Of a DNA stretch of 64,000 nucleotides, positions 14,991 through 31,980 are shown one piece after another. This stretch comes from the human T2T-CHM13v2.0 reference genome, Homo sapiens. The DNA lies in assembly GCF_009914755.1 (NCBI RefSeq), contig NC_060939.1. One strand, 5' to 3'. Within the stretch, counting starts at the first letter, position 1, and every line of letters starts with the position of its first letter. Below the pieces are notes generated by a model. The model made no database searches and was not told the DNA's origin. It worked only from the letters and a program-made list of their open reading frames with translations. A program made the translations under genes and the position numbers.

Positions 14991-15641
14991 AATAATTAGG
15001 TGGGAAGGATGGTTGGGGGCGGTTGGCGTAACTCAGGGAACACTGGTCAGACTGCTCCCCAAACGATTACAGTGTTATTTCTCCGGTAGAAATTTTCCTT
15101 GATGTATGGTATTTCCGGACCCATAAGATGATGTCAGTCGTATTTTGGGCTGGAAAAGTTATGTCAAAATTATGGGGTAGATTTTATGGCCACATTAATA
15201 GACTCCCCTGGAGTTTGATAATCTCACTTGTGAGTTTTGGACATGAACTACTATTACATATTGATGTTCAAATGTCGTTTGCAGACCGAGGCCTAAATTC
15301 TTACTGTTCTAGTATCTTGATATCCACTTTGTTTTCTGACATCTGTTTTTCCACAACCCAAACAAACAAAACAACATCCCCAAACCATATACTTTTCCAG
15401 TTGAGGTTCAACTTTCTCTTATGTGAATGGTAATGCCATGAGAGGCCTGGGTTGAATTACAGGAGATGATTTTTTTTAAATGTTAAATGTTTATGATTTG
15501 TCCGTGGAGAGGTGGTGGGGGACCATCCCCTTTCAGATTCAGGGCTGTTCAGTAGGACAGGAGACATTGATGGCATGCAGAAAGTCTTCCCTTTATAGGG
15601 CCTATGACTTGGGCAGGCTAGAAGAGCTTACAGAATGACAC

Positions 15642-15943
<302 letters not shown>

Positions 15944-17349
15944 AGAATGACACTGTTTTGAGTAACCCAGTATAGTATGTGATATTAAACTAAATTTGGA
16001 GGATTCTAGAATTCTAGATTGGCTGCCTATGACGACAGACCTCTTTTGGCTCCAATTACTCCCTCATTTTCAGGTGACTCAGAGAACTTCAAGTGACCAG
16101 CACAGTGGTACAGCCCCACTTGTCGTTAATGGCCAGCCATAAAAGAACCCAAGTTTCTCAGCTCATAGGCCAGGTTCTTCAGTGGTTGTCTAGTTTAAGG
16201 CTGGTCATTAGCAATATTATGGACGACCTAAGTTCCTCGAACTTATGCAGTTTATAGCTTTTTAAGAATTTAAGAAGTGGAGAAGGGGAAGCATGAGAAA
16301 CTTAAAGGATGCAAATTGAGCATCTCTTAAAATATAATGGATTTGTGTAGGTGAAACAGATTTGTTGCCAAAAGTTAATTTGTGCACAAGTTATCAGGAA
16401 CACACTTGATAAAATTAGATGCTGATTAATTGGAGATACATTGTATCCAGAGATACACAAGAATCCAGAGGAAATAAACAGAGAAGGAGAGGAAGTAAGT
16501 CAGCTTCTGGCTCATAAAGGGGTCCACTGAAGATGCTCCCTAACATGGTTGCTCCTAAACCATCTGACTCAGATTTCTAGTGGAGGGTAGGATGGGTGTG
16601 TTAGCAGTCATTTGAGATCAGGGTTGTGAACCAGGAAGGGTTACTACAGATTGTGAAAAGTTCTTGAAATTTGCCGCAGGCCGTGAGGAGTGGTAAAGTC
16701 AGTTTAAAAATCTGCTGTAGTTCTAGTTAACACGTTCACACCTTCTTTAGTGAAGTAGAATGCTGAGTTACCAAAGGACGTATTCACGTTTTAGAGGGGG
16801 TGTGGTGAAGGTTATTATAAGTTTGGAAGAGGTGGAAGAAAATGTTGTTATAGTTGTGTAGAGTAGTGAAGGACTTTGGCAAATATCCTGTCAAATCATG
16901 AAGTAGTATTTTTAGAGAGTTGCACCCAGCTGTCCATTAGAAGAGCCAGAGGCCTCGTCTGTTTTGTTCCCTGGTGTCGCCAATACCCAGCACAGTTATC
17001 AGCATATTCTATACCCTCAGATTTTTTTTTTAGTAAGTGAATAGTATTGATATGGAAAAAAGAACAGTTATGGTGGTTTATAGCCGTGTTAGTTATTAAA
17101 AGCTACTTGATAATTTGCAATGGATTAAAGAACCAGTTTTTGATCAAGTAGGGCTCTGGATAGGAAAGAAAATAAAAAAAATAAAGAGCCAGCTTTCAGT
17201 GCTTGTTGTTTGGAATTTTTGAGATTCCTTTAAGAAATTGTTTTCTGAAGACTGTCGTGAACATTGTTGTGTCCCCTGGTTTTTGAGTCTTAATGTGTCT
17301 TAAGTGTTTTAGATGTTAGTGACTTTTTTAAGAGCACATTAAATGCAGA

Positions 17350-17500
17350 GGTAATATAGAATAATGGGAAGTTCTGGATTGACAGATAGACATATATTCT
17401 GATTCCATCTGTGTCATTAATTGCTGTTGGGAATGTCACTTAACTTCTCTGGACATCAATTTTCTCATCTATACAATTAAGGGCCTATAGTCTTTGACCT
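17350..17500 (+). mobile_element. MIR
   Basis: gtcacttaacttctctggacatcaattttctcatctatacaat core. Confidence 0.6.
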
Positions 17501-18124
17501 CAAGTAGTTTCTCTAGCCTGATTCTGTAAATTTTTAATAAGTTCTAATTATGTTATTTGGTATTCATCTCATATAGGTAGACTAACCTTTGCCATTTAAA
17601 AGAAACAAGATTCTGTGTTGGGTTCTGCTTTTAGCTTATGGATTTTAGACATTGTCCAAAAGTGCTTCGGAAATTGAATGTATGTTGCAAGTATTATGTA
17701 GTAAGAACATGCTTATGCTGTTGTAATTCGCTTAGTGTTGAAATCAAATCAGGTTTTACATTGGGAACTTCATAATTTAGTGTGAAGCCACAAGACTTGA
17801 GAATGGTTTGGGGGAGTATGTGCAATTTATATAGCTAGTTGTTTCTTACCACCCAATTCTGTAATTTTCTATGGTGAATATATACATAAATTTATAATCA
17901 TGTAACATTGATTGAAGATATAAGATGATATCAGATTCATATTGGATTGAACTAGGACTGCCAGTAACTTTAGAGGCCTCCAAAATTATTAACATGTCAT
18001 TGCTATTTTTAATCTTAATTTTTTGGTATCATCAATATTGATATCATGCTTTCACCTTTGCTTTTGTATCTAGAAACAATATACTTTTTAAGTTCATACT
18101 TGTATCAGATATTAAAAATGAAAA

Positions 18125-18340
18125 TTGTAGCATAAAAGTGGATAGATGAGTAAATCTTGGGTTCAAGCCTGCGTTGTATTCTTCATTAGCCGTGTTGTTT
18201 CTGGCAAGCCACGTAACCCCTCTGAGCTCCAATTCCTTCATTAGTGAAAGGAAGAAGAGCAGCTTCTCTACTTTTCTAACAGACTGCCAGGGGGAGAATG
18301 CAACGGAATAATGTGTTTGAAAAGTATTCAAAAAATGTAA
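18125..18340 (+). mobile_element. MIR
   Basis: ggcaagccacgtaacccctctgagctccaattccttcatt core. Confidence 0.6.
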
Positions 18341-18924
18341 GGGTCTGGTATTAGAATCCTATTATATTGGAATCCTGTTTTATTTCTTGGAAGAATTGGC
18401 TTGTGGAGCAGTAGTAAACCTGGTCCACATTGTCAAGTGCAGAATTTAGCAATATCACTGATATGGCAACAGAAAAGGTTTCTGCTTCTGTAGTCTGGCT
18501 GGAGAAACCTTTCAGCAAATGTATCCTGTCTGCCAGTTGGAATAATCACAATGTTGCAGGGACTTCAGAGGAACCTGGGGTGTCTCACAATTATGCCAAG
18601 GTCTGTACTTAGAATAGACTTGCTAGATTTTACCCATTTTCTTATGTTGGAGTCGTGGGAGAAGGTGGTAGGAGCAAGGAGTTTAGCACACTCTGCATAA
18701 AGTTTTAAGGCTACATTTTTAAGTAGCAGGTGGCAGTGTCATAGGGTAATGAAATCAATGTACTTATTTTAAAAAGCATTTTAAAAAAGAATATATCAGT
18801 ACATTGTGTAAAGTAAAAGTAAATATTGATTTGGGAAACTTTTCTTTCTTTTTAAAAGATATGTTTATGTATGTATACTTGGTTGCCGTGTAAAATGTAT
18901 TTTTTCTTTTTAAAAATTATTATT

Positions 18925-19050
18925 TTCATTTTTTGTAGAGACAGGGTTTTGCTACATTGCCCAGGCTGGTCTTGAACTCCTGGGCTTGAGTAGTCCTGCC
19001 TTGGTCTCCCAAAGTGCTGGGATTATAGACATGAGCCACTGCACCTGGCC
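18925..19050 (-). mobile_element. Alu left monomer (FLAM/AluJ)
   Basis: Single reverse monomer. Confidence 0.85.
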
Positions 19051-19483
19051 TAGAAAGTTATTTTTTCTTTTGGGTCGTGATAAAACTTGGTCGTAGTTGT
19101 TTAGGGACATAGTACTTGTGCAATGCCGATAGAATGACTGTCTATAAAATAGTAAGGCATGAAACAAATGAAAACAAAGAGAAAATTGTGAAGATGGGTT
19201 ACCTTAAAGCTATTCTGTTAGCGGTGAAATACCTCATAGCTTTGTTCTAAATTGTTGAATTAATGAACAAAGCACATAAACTTATGCTATAATAATCTTC
19301 TTAAGTACTCTTTTCCCTTAAGATGGAGTGTGGAGTACTTGTTAACCACACAGGTATTGTCTTGATCTGATAACTATAGATATTCAGAATGATTCTGTTG
19401 TGACAGATGGTAGCAAGCTTTTCTGATTTCACTTATCTGGGGTCTAAATCTAATTTCTTTAGTAGTTAATACATATATATATA

Positions 19484-19598
19484 TTTTTTGAGACAGAGTC
19501 TTGCTCTGTCACCCAGACTGGAGTGCAATGGCATGATCTCGCCTCACTGCAACCTCCGCCTCCCAGGTTCAAGTGATTCTCCCTGCCTCAGCCTCCCG
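19484..19598 (-). mobile_element. 5'-truncated Alu
   Basis: Right-monomer 3' part; TSD agtagttaatac. Confidence 0.9.
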
Positions 19599-19925
19599 AA
19601 GTAGTTAATACTTTTGTAACTTAGTTGCAGAAGAGAGATAGAAATTTCTGAATAATTTTCAGAATTATTCATAGATTTATAATCTGGCAGAATATAAGGA
19701 AGTTATAAGTATATTGATAAATCATGACATAACTGGCAAGAATTGGTATAAAGACAAGATGGTTAACTTGAAACAGGGTTGTTGTTTATTATATGCCTAT
19801 CATTTTTCCATGAGATAAACCAAATATTAGATTAAGTATTTAGACTGATCCACAAATGACATGGGAAGACAGAGTGTTTACAAAGAGTTTTAGAAGTGAT
19901 ACAGGACAATAATTTGGAGTTTTAA

Positions 19926-20272
<347 letters not shown>

Positions 20273-20583
20273 CAGAACAGTTTTAATGCTTTTCTTTTTT
20301 AAAAAAAGTAGAGATAACCTGTAATCCCATCTGGATGTGATGTTTGGTGTTTTCATTTTTTTTCTTATGCATACCTATTGAAATACCTTAAAAAAGAACA
20401 ACTTTCCATGTAAAATTGATATTCCCTTAATGAGTAAATGAGTATTTAGTGTTCTATAATATGGATGCATCATAGTTTATAGCAGTTCTGTGTTGTTAAT
20501 GGATATTGCCAATTTTTCTCTTAAAGTAGTACTGTGATGAACTTGTTTGGGCATTGAATTGTCCTATTATTTCCTTAGGATAA

Positions 20584-20875
<292 letters not shown>

Positions 20876-20904
20876 CAGGATAAATTCTTAAAAGCGGATT
20901 TATT

Positions 20905-21213
20905 AGCCAGGCATGGTGGCTCATGCCTGTAATCCCAGCACTTTGGGAGGCCAAGGCGGGTGGGTGGATCACCTGAGGTCAGCAGTTCAAGACCAGCCTG
21001 GCCAAAATGGTGAAACCCCATCTCTACTAAAATACAAAAATTAGTCTGGTGTGGTGGCGAGGGTCTATAATTCCAGCTACTTGGAAGGCTGACGCACAGA
21101 GAATCACTTGAACCCAGGAGGCGGAGGCTGCAGTGAGCCGAGATTAAGCTACTGCACTCCAGCCTGGGCGACAGAGTGAGACTCATTCTAAAAAAAAAAA
21201 AAAAAAAAAAAAA
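20905..21213 (+). mobile_element. Alu (AluSx-like)
   Basis: Dimer with long poly(A). Confidence 0.95.
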
Positions 21214-21548
21214 AGGGCTTATTAGGTCAAAGGGTATGTGTGTTTTAAATGTGGATATACTCAAGATGCCCTTTAGATAGGATGTCTATTTGAAATTCCC
21301 GTCAATAGCATATTAGTATTCAATTCCATATATTCTTGCTAGTGATTTGTCATCTTTAGCTTGTTGGGAGTTCAAAATAGTTTGAAACAGTTTTTCTTCT
21401 GTTTCTTTTTCAGCATCAGGACTTACTTCCATAGATTAACTCTTGGGAGGGAGCTGATAAAAATGAAAGTTCAGTGACAATGAGTCGTGTAGACCAGTGG
21501 TCTCCAAACTTTGGTTGCTTACCCCATCACCAAAAACTTTTGAGCATT

Positions 21549-21720
21549 AAGCAGGTGTGGTACATGGTCCTGTGGTCCCAGCTACGTAGTTGGCTTAGGC
21601 AGGAGGATATTTGAGGTCAGGAGTTCAAGGCTAAAGTTCACTGTGATTGTGCTTATGAATACAGCCACTGTACTCCAGCCTGGGCAACATAGTGAGACCC
21701 TGTCTCTTTAAAAAAAAAAC
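21549..21720 (+). mobile_element. Alu monomer (FRAM/FAM-like)
   Basis: Diverged single monomer with A tail. Confidence 0.8.
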
Positions 21721-21983
21721 AAAAAACTGATGGGATGGGAAGAATGAAGTCAGAAAAAAAAATTGATACAACTTCATGTTGTTGCTTTGAAAAAAAGAGA
21801 AAAAGAAAAATATTGAGCATCAGTTCTTAATCCTTAGATATTTAATTTACAAGTAATAAACATATAGTAACTGATTATTGTGGACTTTAAAATACAAACA
21901 AAAAATTAACAAGGATGATAATTAAAAATAAAGTTCAAATATTTTCCTTTTTTACCCTGGGGCTTCTTGGGTACTCCTGGAGG

Positions 21984-22402
<419 letters not shown>

Positions 22403-22519
22403 TAGACCCTTGAGGTTTAATATTGGGCATTTATAGATGTTTGTTTTTGGGCATTTCACTAGTTTTGCAGGTGGTCCTGTTTAGTTGGATTATGAATGCC
22501 TTTAAAATGTCCCATGCTA

Positions 22520-22834
<315 letters not shown>

Positions 22835-23476
22835 TTAGAGTCGTATCTGCAATAAGGGCAAAAATAAATTTAAAGCATCAGTTTGATACTTTTTTGCATC
22901 GTTGAGGTGGCTGAATTTGAAAAGGATAAATCGTAGGATAAAAAGCAATGTAAATAGTCTATTTCTTTTAGATACAAACAGTTGATACTGTGTAGAGCAT
23001 ATTTTTAAAAATTATGTTTTTTGGAAAGCAATTTGGCTATAATATATATCTCCCTGTTTTTTAAGAGGTTAGGTGTTAGAGACTGAGTGAAGGGAAGAAT
23101 AATTGCTACTTGCTCTCCTTTGCTTTCAAAGTACCACAATTAACCTGTCACTAACTATTTGGATTAGCCTGAGCCTATAACAAACTTTCCATGGTGATTC
23201 TTAGATTAAAAGATAATTTTTTTCTTGAGTTTGAATAAGTTGCTTTTGATCTGTGGCTGCCTGCCCCCTAACCCCTATAAATTATGAAATCAGGAAATAA
23301 AGCTTTTTGTATTAGAAAAAAGTGAATCTTTTCTCCCCCATCATGGGAAAATTAATTTCAGTTACTTCATATGGGTCATTGGCAGAGAAAGATAATATCA
23401 AAATCTTAGAGACTGTCAAAAGAGATTATATTAAGCAACTTGAGTGATTATTTTTTGCCAGTTAAAAGAAATGAGA

Positions 23477-23788
<312 letters not shown>

Positions 23789-24306
23789 CTATTGAAGATG
23801 ATTGCTATAAACAGTGCTTTGCACAAATGGCTACATATCTCTTTTTACTTTAGGTAACATGATTTATAAGCTACTTTCACATATATCTTCTTAGATCATC
23901 ACAAGGATTTGAGATCATCATTTAATCAGGACTGTTGTGACTTGCTTGAGGCCACATGCCTAGTGTTTGACATCATACTTCAAGAGACAGATTGAAAGTT
24001 CTGCAGAAATAGGGACTGGTGGCTGTTCTCTCCCTTACTCCCTAGCAGTTAATACATTGCCTGGTACAGAGTAAGCTATCAATATTTGTGGACTAACTGT
24101 TTAAACTCCTGCATATTTATTTATACGTGTAAATAAGTTATAGCATTATAAAATCAACAGTTACGTTTTCCGTAGTTAGATTGTTCCTTCATCTTATGTG
24201 CACAGAAACTATTTTTGTGGAAGAGGTCATGAATTTTAGATCAACCTTTCACATATCCCTTTACTGTCTCTTAAGATACTTTCATGGTGACAAAAAACAT
24301 ACTCTT

Positions 24307-25304
<998 letters not shown>

Positions 25305-25854
25305 TTTTAAAAATACTCTTAATGTCATTCCTTTCACTGTGTGTGTAACTCCTGTGGCAAGACTGTATATTCGTATATATGTATGTATGTATTTGTTTAT
25401 TTAGTAGGCTGCTATTTGTAAAGGAAACATACTCATTAGTTGGTCTTTGCATACATAATGGTTCCCAAAACATGGACTCCATGGTTTGCTGTGAGTGAAT
25501 GAAGAAAAAGCAGGCATGATTTCCCTCACCTTTGTCATTCTCTCCAGTTTCCTGTACATATGGTTGACTTACTCAGCAGTAAGTGTAACTTCTTTACACT
25601 GAAGAAAATTAGTCTTCCAAAGAATTAGTATGCTACTTCCCCCTTGTTCTGCAGTACTTAAAATCCTGTTTGGTAAATGAACTAATACACTTTGATATAC
25701 AGAAGAGACCCTGGATTGCCATGAATGGAAATATTAGTAGTGATTAATTTCTGTCTCGGTGGGATAATGTGGCTTTTTTGCTTCTTATTCTTCTATAGTT
25801 TCCCATTTTTCTACAATGAGCATGTATTACTTTTATAAGTAGGAAAAATTGCTA

Positions 25855-26204
<350 letters not shown>

Positions 26205-26928
26205 TAGGTCACAGTCACCATTGAGAAAGTGGGTGGTTAACTGGCTCCAGTTCCTAAGACGAGTGGCAGCTGTAGGAAGTAGTATGGGAGGAATGGGGCA
26301 GGTAAGCTTATTTGAACTTTATCATTGTGAACTCTACTATGACTGAAGACATTGTGGGATTTGATCACAGTTAAACACAAGAGGACTGAGCCATCTAGTT
26401 TTTCTCTTTTTAATAAGCTGATTGAGAATTATGAAAGATACCTTAAGAAAAATTGGTTTCTATGAACTCTGTAAATGCAGAACTCAGCCTGAACTCCCAA
26501 GTTCTGTATCCGTGTATGTGTGTTTGTGTGCTTGTGTGTTGTGGTGTGTTTTAAATATCAAGTGGAGTTGTAGCAACTCAGGTAGGATATGGTTTATATT
26601 AATACATCTAATATGAATTGGAAGAGATTTAGGCAAATGATTTTTATTATGACAGTATAGGCTTATTGGAGATTTGGTGTTAATATACAGCTGGGAGTTA
26701 AGCCGTTCTACGTTTATATACCCATCTGGTGATATTTTAGGAAGAGCTGTGTCATATATTCTCTAGAGTTTAAGTGATTAGAGCTTGTTGGCTTTTGCTG
26801 TTTACTGCACACTTGTAGTGTTTTAAATGCTTCTGTGAATGGAGAACATCATTCAAAAAGGTGAGATTTCTGGGTTAAGACATTCGTTATTGTCTGCCCT
26901 TACTTTGTTCTTTTAAAGAGTAAGATTA

Positions 26929-27217
26929 GGCTGAACGCAGTGGCTCATGTCTATAATCCCAGCACTTTGGGAGGCCAAGGTGGACAGATGAGATCAGGAG
27001 TTTGAGACCAGCGTGGCCAACATGGCAAAACCCCGTCTCTATTAAAAATACAAAAATTAGCCGGGCGTGGTGGTGGACGTCTGTAATCCCAGCTACTCAG
27101 GAGGCTGAGGCAGGAGAATCACTTGACCCCTGGAGGTGGAGGTTGCAGTGAGCCGAGATTTGTGCCACTGCCCTCCAGCCTGGGTGACAGAGGGATACTC
27201 TGTCTCAAAAAAAGAAA
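26929..27217 (+). mobile_element. Alu (AluS)
   Basis: Dimer. Confidence 0.95.
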
Positions 27218-27253
27218 GTTGAAGAGCAGTTGAGGTAATAAATGTAGGTACTG

Positions 27254-28830
27254 TTAGGTTGGTACAAAATTAATGGTGGTTTTGGATTGCGAATTTTAAA
27301 TTATTATAACTAGGCCCAAACACATCTTTATCAAAATAGGAAACATTACAATCAACACATTTTTTGCCAATGAGAAATAAGTTTGTTTATTCCTGTAGCA
27401 TAAAAATCCATGCTTCGGGATTCGATGAACTCTTGGAAAGCATTTTCTGCATCCTGATGGTTGTGGAAGCATTTTCCCTGCAAAAAATTTTCTAGATGCT
27501 TGGAAAAGTGGTAGTCGGTTGGTGAGAGGTCAGTTCAATATGGTGGATGAGGCAAAACTTTGTAGCCCAAGCCCAATTCATTCAACTTTTGAAATGTTGG
27601 TTGTGCAACATGTTGTCGGGTGTTGTCGTGGAGAAGAACTGGACCCTTTCTGTGGACCAGTGCCAGCTGCAGGCCTCGCAGTTTTCGGTGCATCTCATCG
27701 ATTTGCTGAGCATACTTCTCAGATGTATTGGTTTTACTATGATTCAGAAAGCTGTAGCGGATCAGACCAGGAGCAGACCACCAAACAGTGACCCTGACCT
27801 CTTTTTGATGAAAGTTTGGCTTCAGGAAGTGCTTTGGAGCATCTTCTCGGTCCAACCACTGAGCTGGTCATCACTGTTGTTGTATAAAATACACTTTTTG
27901 TCAAACGTCACAATCCAACTAAGAAATGGTTCGTCGTCGTTATGTAGAATAAGAGAAGACAACACTTCAAAACGACGATTTTTAAAATTTTTGGTCAGCT
28001 CATGAGGCACCCACTTATCAAGCTTTTTCACCTTTTGGCAGGGCGTGGTGGCTCACGCCTGTAATCCCAGTACTTTCGGAGGCTGAGGCGGGCAGATCAC
28101 TTGAGGCCAGGAGTTCACGACCAGCCTGGCCAACATGGTGAAACCCCAGCTCTACTAAAAATACAAAAAGTAATCGGGTGTGGTGGTGGGTGCCTGTAAT
28201 CCCAGCAACTAGGGAGGCTGAGGCACGAGAATCACTTTAACCCGGGAAGTAGAGGTTACAGTGAGCCCAGATGGTGCCACTGCATTCCAGCCTAGGTGAT
28301 AGAGTGAGACTCCATCTCAAAAAAAAAAAAAAAAAAAAAAAGCTTTTGCACCTTTCCAACTTGCTTAAATTGCCAAACAAGCGTAGAATGGTTGACATTG
28401 AGTTCTTCGGCAATTTCTCGTGTAGTTGTAAGAGGATCAGCTTCGATGATTGCTCTCAATTGGTCAGTGCCAACTTCTTCTGGCCGGCTACTACACTCCT
28501 CATCTTCAAGGCTCTCGTCTCCTTTGCAACACTTCTTGAACCACCATTGCACAGTTCCTGGGCCAAGTGTGTAGTTGATGTTGCGAGTTGTCTCCACTGC
28601 TTTGCGACCCATTTTGAACTCAAGAAAATCGCTTGAATTTGCTTTTTTTTATAATATAATTTCCACTGTCTAAAAGAATAAAACAGCAAATAATATGTTA
28701 TTAGCAAAAAAGGTGAGAAATGTGCATTAAAATGGTATATAAATAACCACATATATTTAAGAATGTATTCCAGTATCAAATAGCAAGTTTCAACAATACG
28801 AAAACTGCAACTACATTTGCATCAACCTAA
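27254..28830 (-). mobile_element. Full-length Hsmar1 mariner DNA transposon (inactive), split by an Alu
   Basis: TIRs ttaggttggtacaaaa... and ...tttgcatcaacctaa(TA); ORF fragments [40 protein letters not shown] match Hsmar1/SETMAR transposase; frameshifted. Confidence 0.97.
28037..28341 (+). mobile_element. Alu (AluS) inserted in the Hsmar1 transposase
   Basis: Dimer; TSD aagctttt(t/g)caccttt. Confidence 0.95.
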
Positions 28831-28880
28831 TATAATTTTTTTTTAGTTAGAAATTTTATAGTACAGAATAACAGGCTTAT

Positions 28881-28881
<1 letters not shown>

Positions 28882-28938
<57 letters not shown>
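28882..28938. repeat. (CA)n microsatellite
   Basis: Pure CA run of about 28 units. Confidence 0.98.
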
Positions 28939-28939
<1 letters not shown>

Positions 28940-29070
28940 CCTGTACTGAATCTACAAAGCCTGTCTCTGAATTCCAAAATCTCGACTTTTTTAGAGCAAA
29001 GTTTAAATATTTCAAAAATTTAGAAAAATATGGAGAATAATTTAACAAACACCAGGTACTAATTCAGTAG

Positions 29071-29395
<325 letters not shown>

Positions 29396-29459
29396 CATTC
29401 AGTAGATTTCATAGATGCTGACATCTTATCAGATTTGCTTCAAAAGTGTATTTATATAT

Positions 29460-29757
29460 GTTTTTATTTATTATTTTTGAGATGGGGTCTCACTCTGTTG
29501 CCCAGCCTGGTGTATAGTGGTAAAATCCCTGCTCACTGCAACCGCCACCTCCCAAGTTCAAGCAATTCTCGTGCCTTGGCCTTTTGAGTAGCTGGGATTA
29601 TAGGAGCTTGTCACTACTCCCGGCTAATTTTTGTATTTTTAGTAGAGACGGGGTTTCACTATGTTGTCCAGGCTGGTCTCCAACCGACCTCAAGTGATCT
29701 GCCCGTCTTGGCCCCCTAAAATACTGGGATTACAGGGGTGAGCCACTGTGCCTGGCC
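29460..29757 (-). mobile_element. Alu
   Basis: Reverse dimer. Confidence 0.9.
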
Positions 29758-30006
29758 TAAATTTGTTTTTAAAAATAAAATATGCATACGGTTGGAGTCC
29801 CTTTTGTCATCCTCTTAGATCCTATTTTCTTATGCAGAAGTTATTTATCTTTTTAGCTCATGCACTTATATTCTTCCTACAAATATCTACATATATTTAA
29901 CATGTAGTACTATTGTGTTTCAAATTTATGTGATATTTTGGTACATACATTCTGTAATTGGAAAGTTACATTTATTTATGCTGATATATGTGTATTATTA
30001 GTAGTA

Positions 30007-30171
30007 TTATTATTATGATTATTTTGAAACAGAGTCCTACTCTGTCACCCAGGTTGTAGAGCAGTGGCACAATCTTGGCTCACGGCAACCTCCATCTCCC
30101 AGTTTCAAGTGATTCTCGAGCCTCAGCCTCCCGAGTAGCTGGGATTACAAGTGTGAGCCACTGCACCTGCC
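30007..30171 (-). mobile_element. Alu monomer or internally deleted Alu
   Basis: Right-monomer sequence joined to the Alu 5' end at gggattaca. Confidence 0.85.
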
Positions 30172-30344
30172 TTACTTCATTAATTTTAATAGCTGTGTAG
30201 TATTCAGTCATATGAATGAATAGTATGCAATTTTAGTTCTTTATTGATAGTTGTTTTCAACAAATATACAAATGTAAAATTTTTCCTCAAATTGGGTCAA
30301 GCTATATATATTGTTCTAAATTAGCTCTGTTTCTCGCAATAATA

Positions 30345-30917
30345 ATAGTGTGCAGGTTTGTTACATGGGTATATTGCATGAGGTTTGGGGTACAATTGAT
30401 CCCATCACCCAGGTAGTAAGCATAGCACCCAGCACGTAGTTTTGTTTAAGTTTTTTGAGACAAGGTAGGTCTCTGTCCCCCAGGCTGGATTGCAATATTG
30501 CAATCACTGGTCACTGCAGTTTTGACCTCTTGGGCTCAGCCGATCCTCCCAGCTCAGCCTCCGGGGTAGCTGGGACTACAGTGGTGGGCCACCATACCCT
30601 GCTATTTTTTGTATTTTTTTGTAGAGACTGGGTTTCGCCCTGTTACCCAGGCTGGTCTCGAACTCCTGGACTCAAGCAATCCACCCACCTTGGCCTCCCA
30701 AAGTGCTGGGATTATAGGCGTGAGCTACTGTACCCAGCCACCAGTAGGCAGTTTTGAGCTTTCGCCCCTTCCCATCCTCTCCTCTCTGTTAGTTCCCTGT
30801 ATCTATTGTTCCCATGTTTATGTCCATGTTTACCCAATGTTTAGCTTAGGATGATGATCTCCAGCTGCATCATGTTGCTGCAAAGGATATGATTTTGTTC
30901 TTTTTTATGGCTGCAGT
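30345..30917 (-). mobile_element. Older L1PA 3' fragment interrupted by AluJ (30440-30739)
   Basis: gtgcaggtttgttacatgggtatattgcatg...catgttgctgcaaagga...tatggctgc. Confidence 0.8.
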
Positions 30918-31238
30918 GAACCTTTGGGTAAAGAAAATTTACAAAAATATCTCACATCAGTGTTTTTTTAATCAAAGTTAGTAGTAATCCATAGTTCAGA
31001 TCTACTTTGTAAGTGAGACACAAATAAAGACAGTAGTTACATTACACATTTTATAACATTACCTTGATGTGGCAAATTTTTCTTGTTTTGTTTTTGTTTT
31101 ACATGAGTTAATTTGGATGAAACTTTCTTGAATTACTTACTTTTATAGCATTTACCTCCAGTGGGGTTGAGATGAGGAGCCTTCAATCCAACAAAGTTGT
31201 ATACATGCATTCATGGAGATGACACTTAGGTTATTTAA

Positions 31239-31418
<180 letters not shown>

Positions 31419-31641
31419 TGATTTTAATTCCATAATATATGTTACTGTGAATACAGTATATGTTTATTCCATAAGTAGCAAATTGACTCCTTTAACAGTT
31501 TTAGTAGTTTTCCAGTTGTTTTGTCTTTAGTTTCCCAGGCAAATAATGCTATTGTCTTCAATCACAGTATTAATTAGTTCATCCCATTCTTCATATTGAT
31601 CATTTTTTTGGATATGAAATAATACAGACTACTGTAATAAT

Positions 31642-31748
31642 AAAAAGATGGAAAGCCTCACCAATTTGCATGTCATCCTTGTGCAGGGACCACGCTAATG
31701 TTCTCTGTATTGTTCCAATTTTAGTATATTTGCTGCCGAAGCGAGCAC
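31642..31748 (-). pseudogene. RNU6: U6 snRNA pseudogene, full length, diverged
   Basis: Reverse complement GTGCTCGCTTCGGCAGCAAATATACTAAAATTGGAACAATACAGAGAACATTAGCGTGGTCCCTGCACAAGGATGACATGCAAATTGGTGAGGCTTTCCATCTTTT; about 10 mismatches to U6; ACAGAGA box kept; upstream flank is L1, not a U6 promoter. Confidence 0.95.
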
Positions 31749-31980
31749 TCCATTTCTGTAAAGCTTAAAAAACAGACAAAACTAACAGATGGGAATGGAA
31801 TCAGAATAATGGTTATCTTTGGTGATGAGGACAAGGGAGATTGTAGGTGTGCTGGTAATGTTCTCTGTCTTGATCTGGGTCATGATTTCATGGTTGTGTT
31901 CAGTTTATGAGAATCATTGAATAGTAGACTTAGGAAGTGTGCACTTCTTTGTACATGTATTATATACCTCAGTTAAAAAC
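31749..31980 (+). mobile_element. Old L1M 3' end
   Basis: tccatttctgtaaagc...caaaactaa...tgttctctgtcttgatctggg...tatacctca. Confidence 0.7.

Noticed and set aside
13918-15102. Pro/Arg/Gly-rich ORFs of 60-170 aa
   Set aside because: Expected from stop-codon scarcity in a CpG island; no recognisable domain
27535-28612. SETMAR gene or active transposase
   Set aside because: No SET domain; TIR-bounded, frameshifted and Alu-interrupted Hsmar1
31642-31748. Functional U6 gene
   Set aside because: About 10 substitutions and no PSE/TATA upstream; flank is L1-derived
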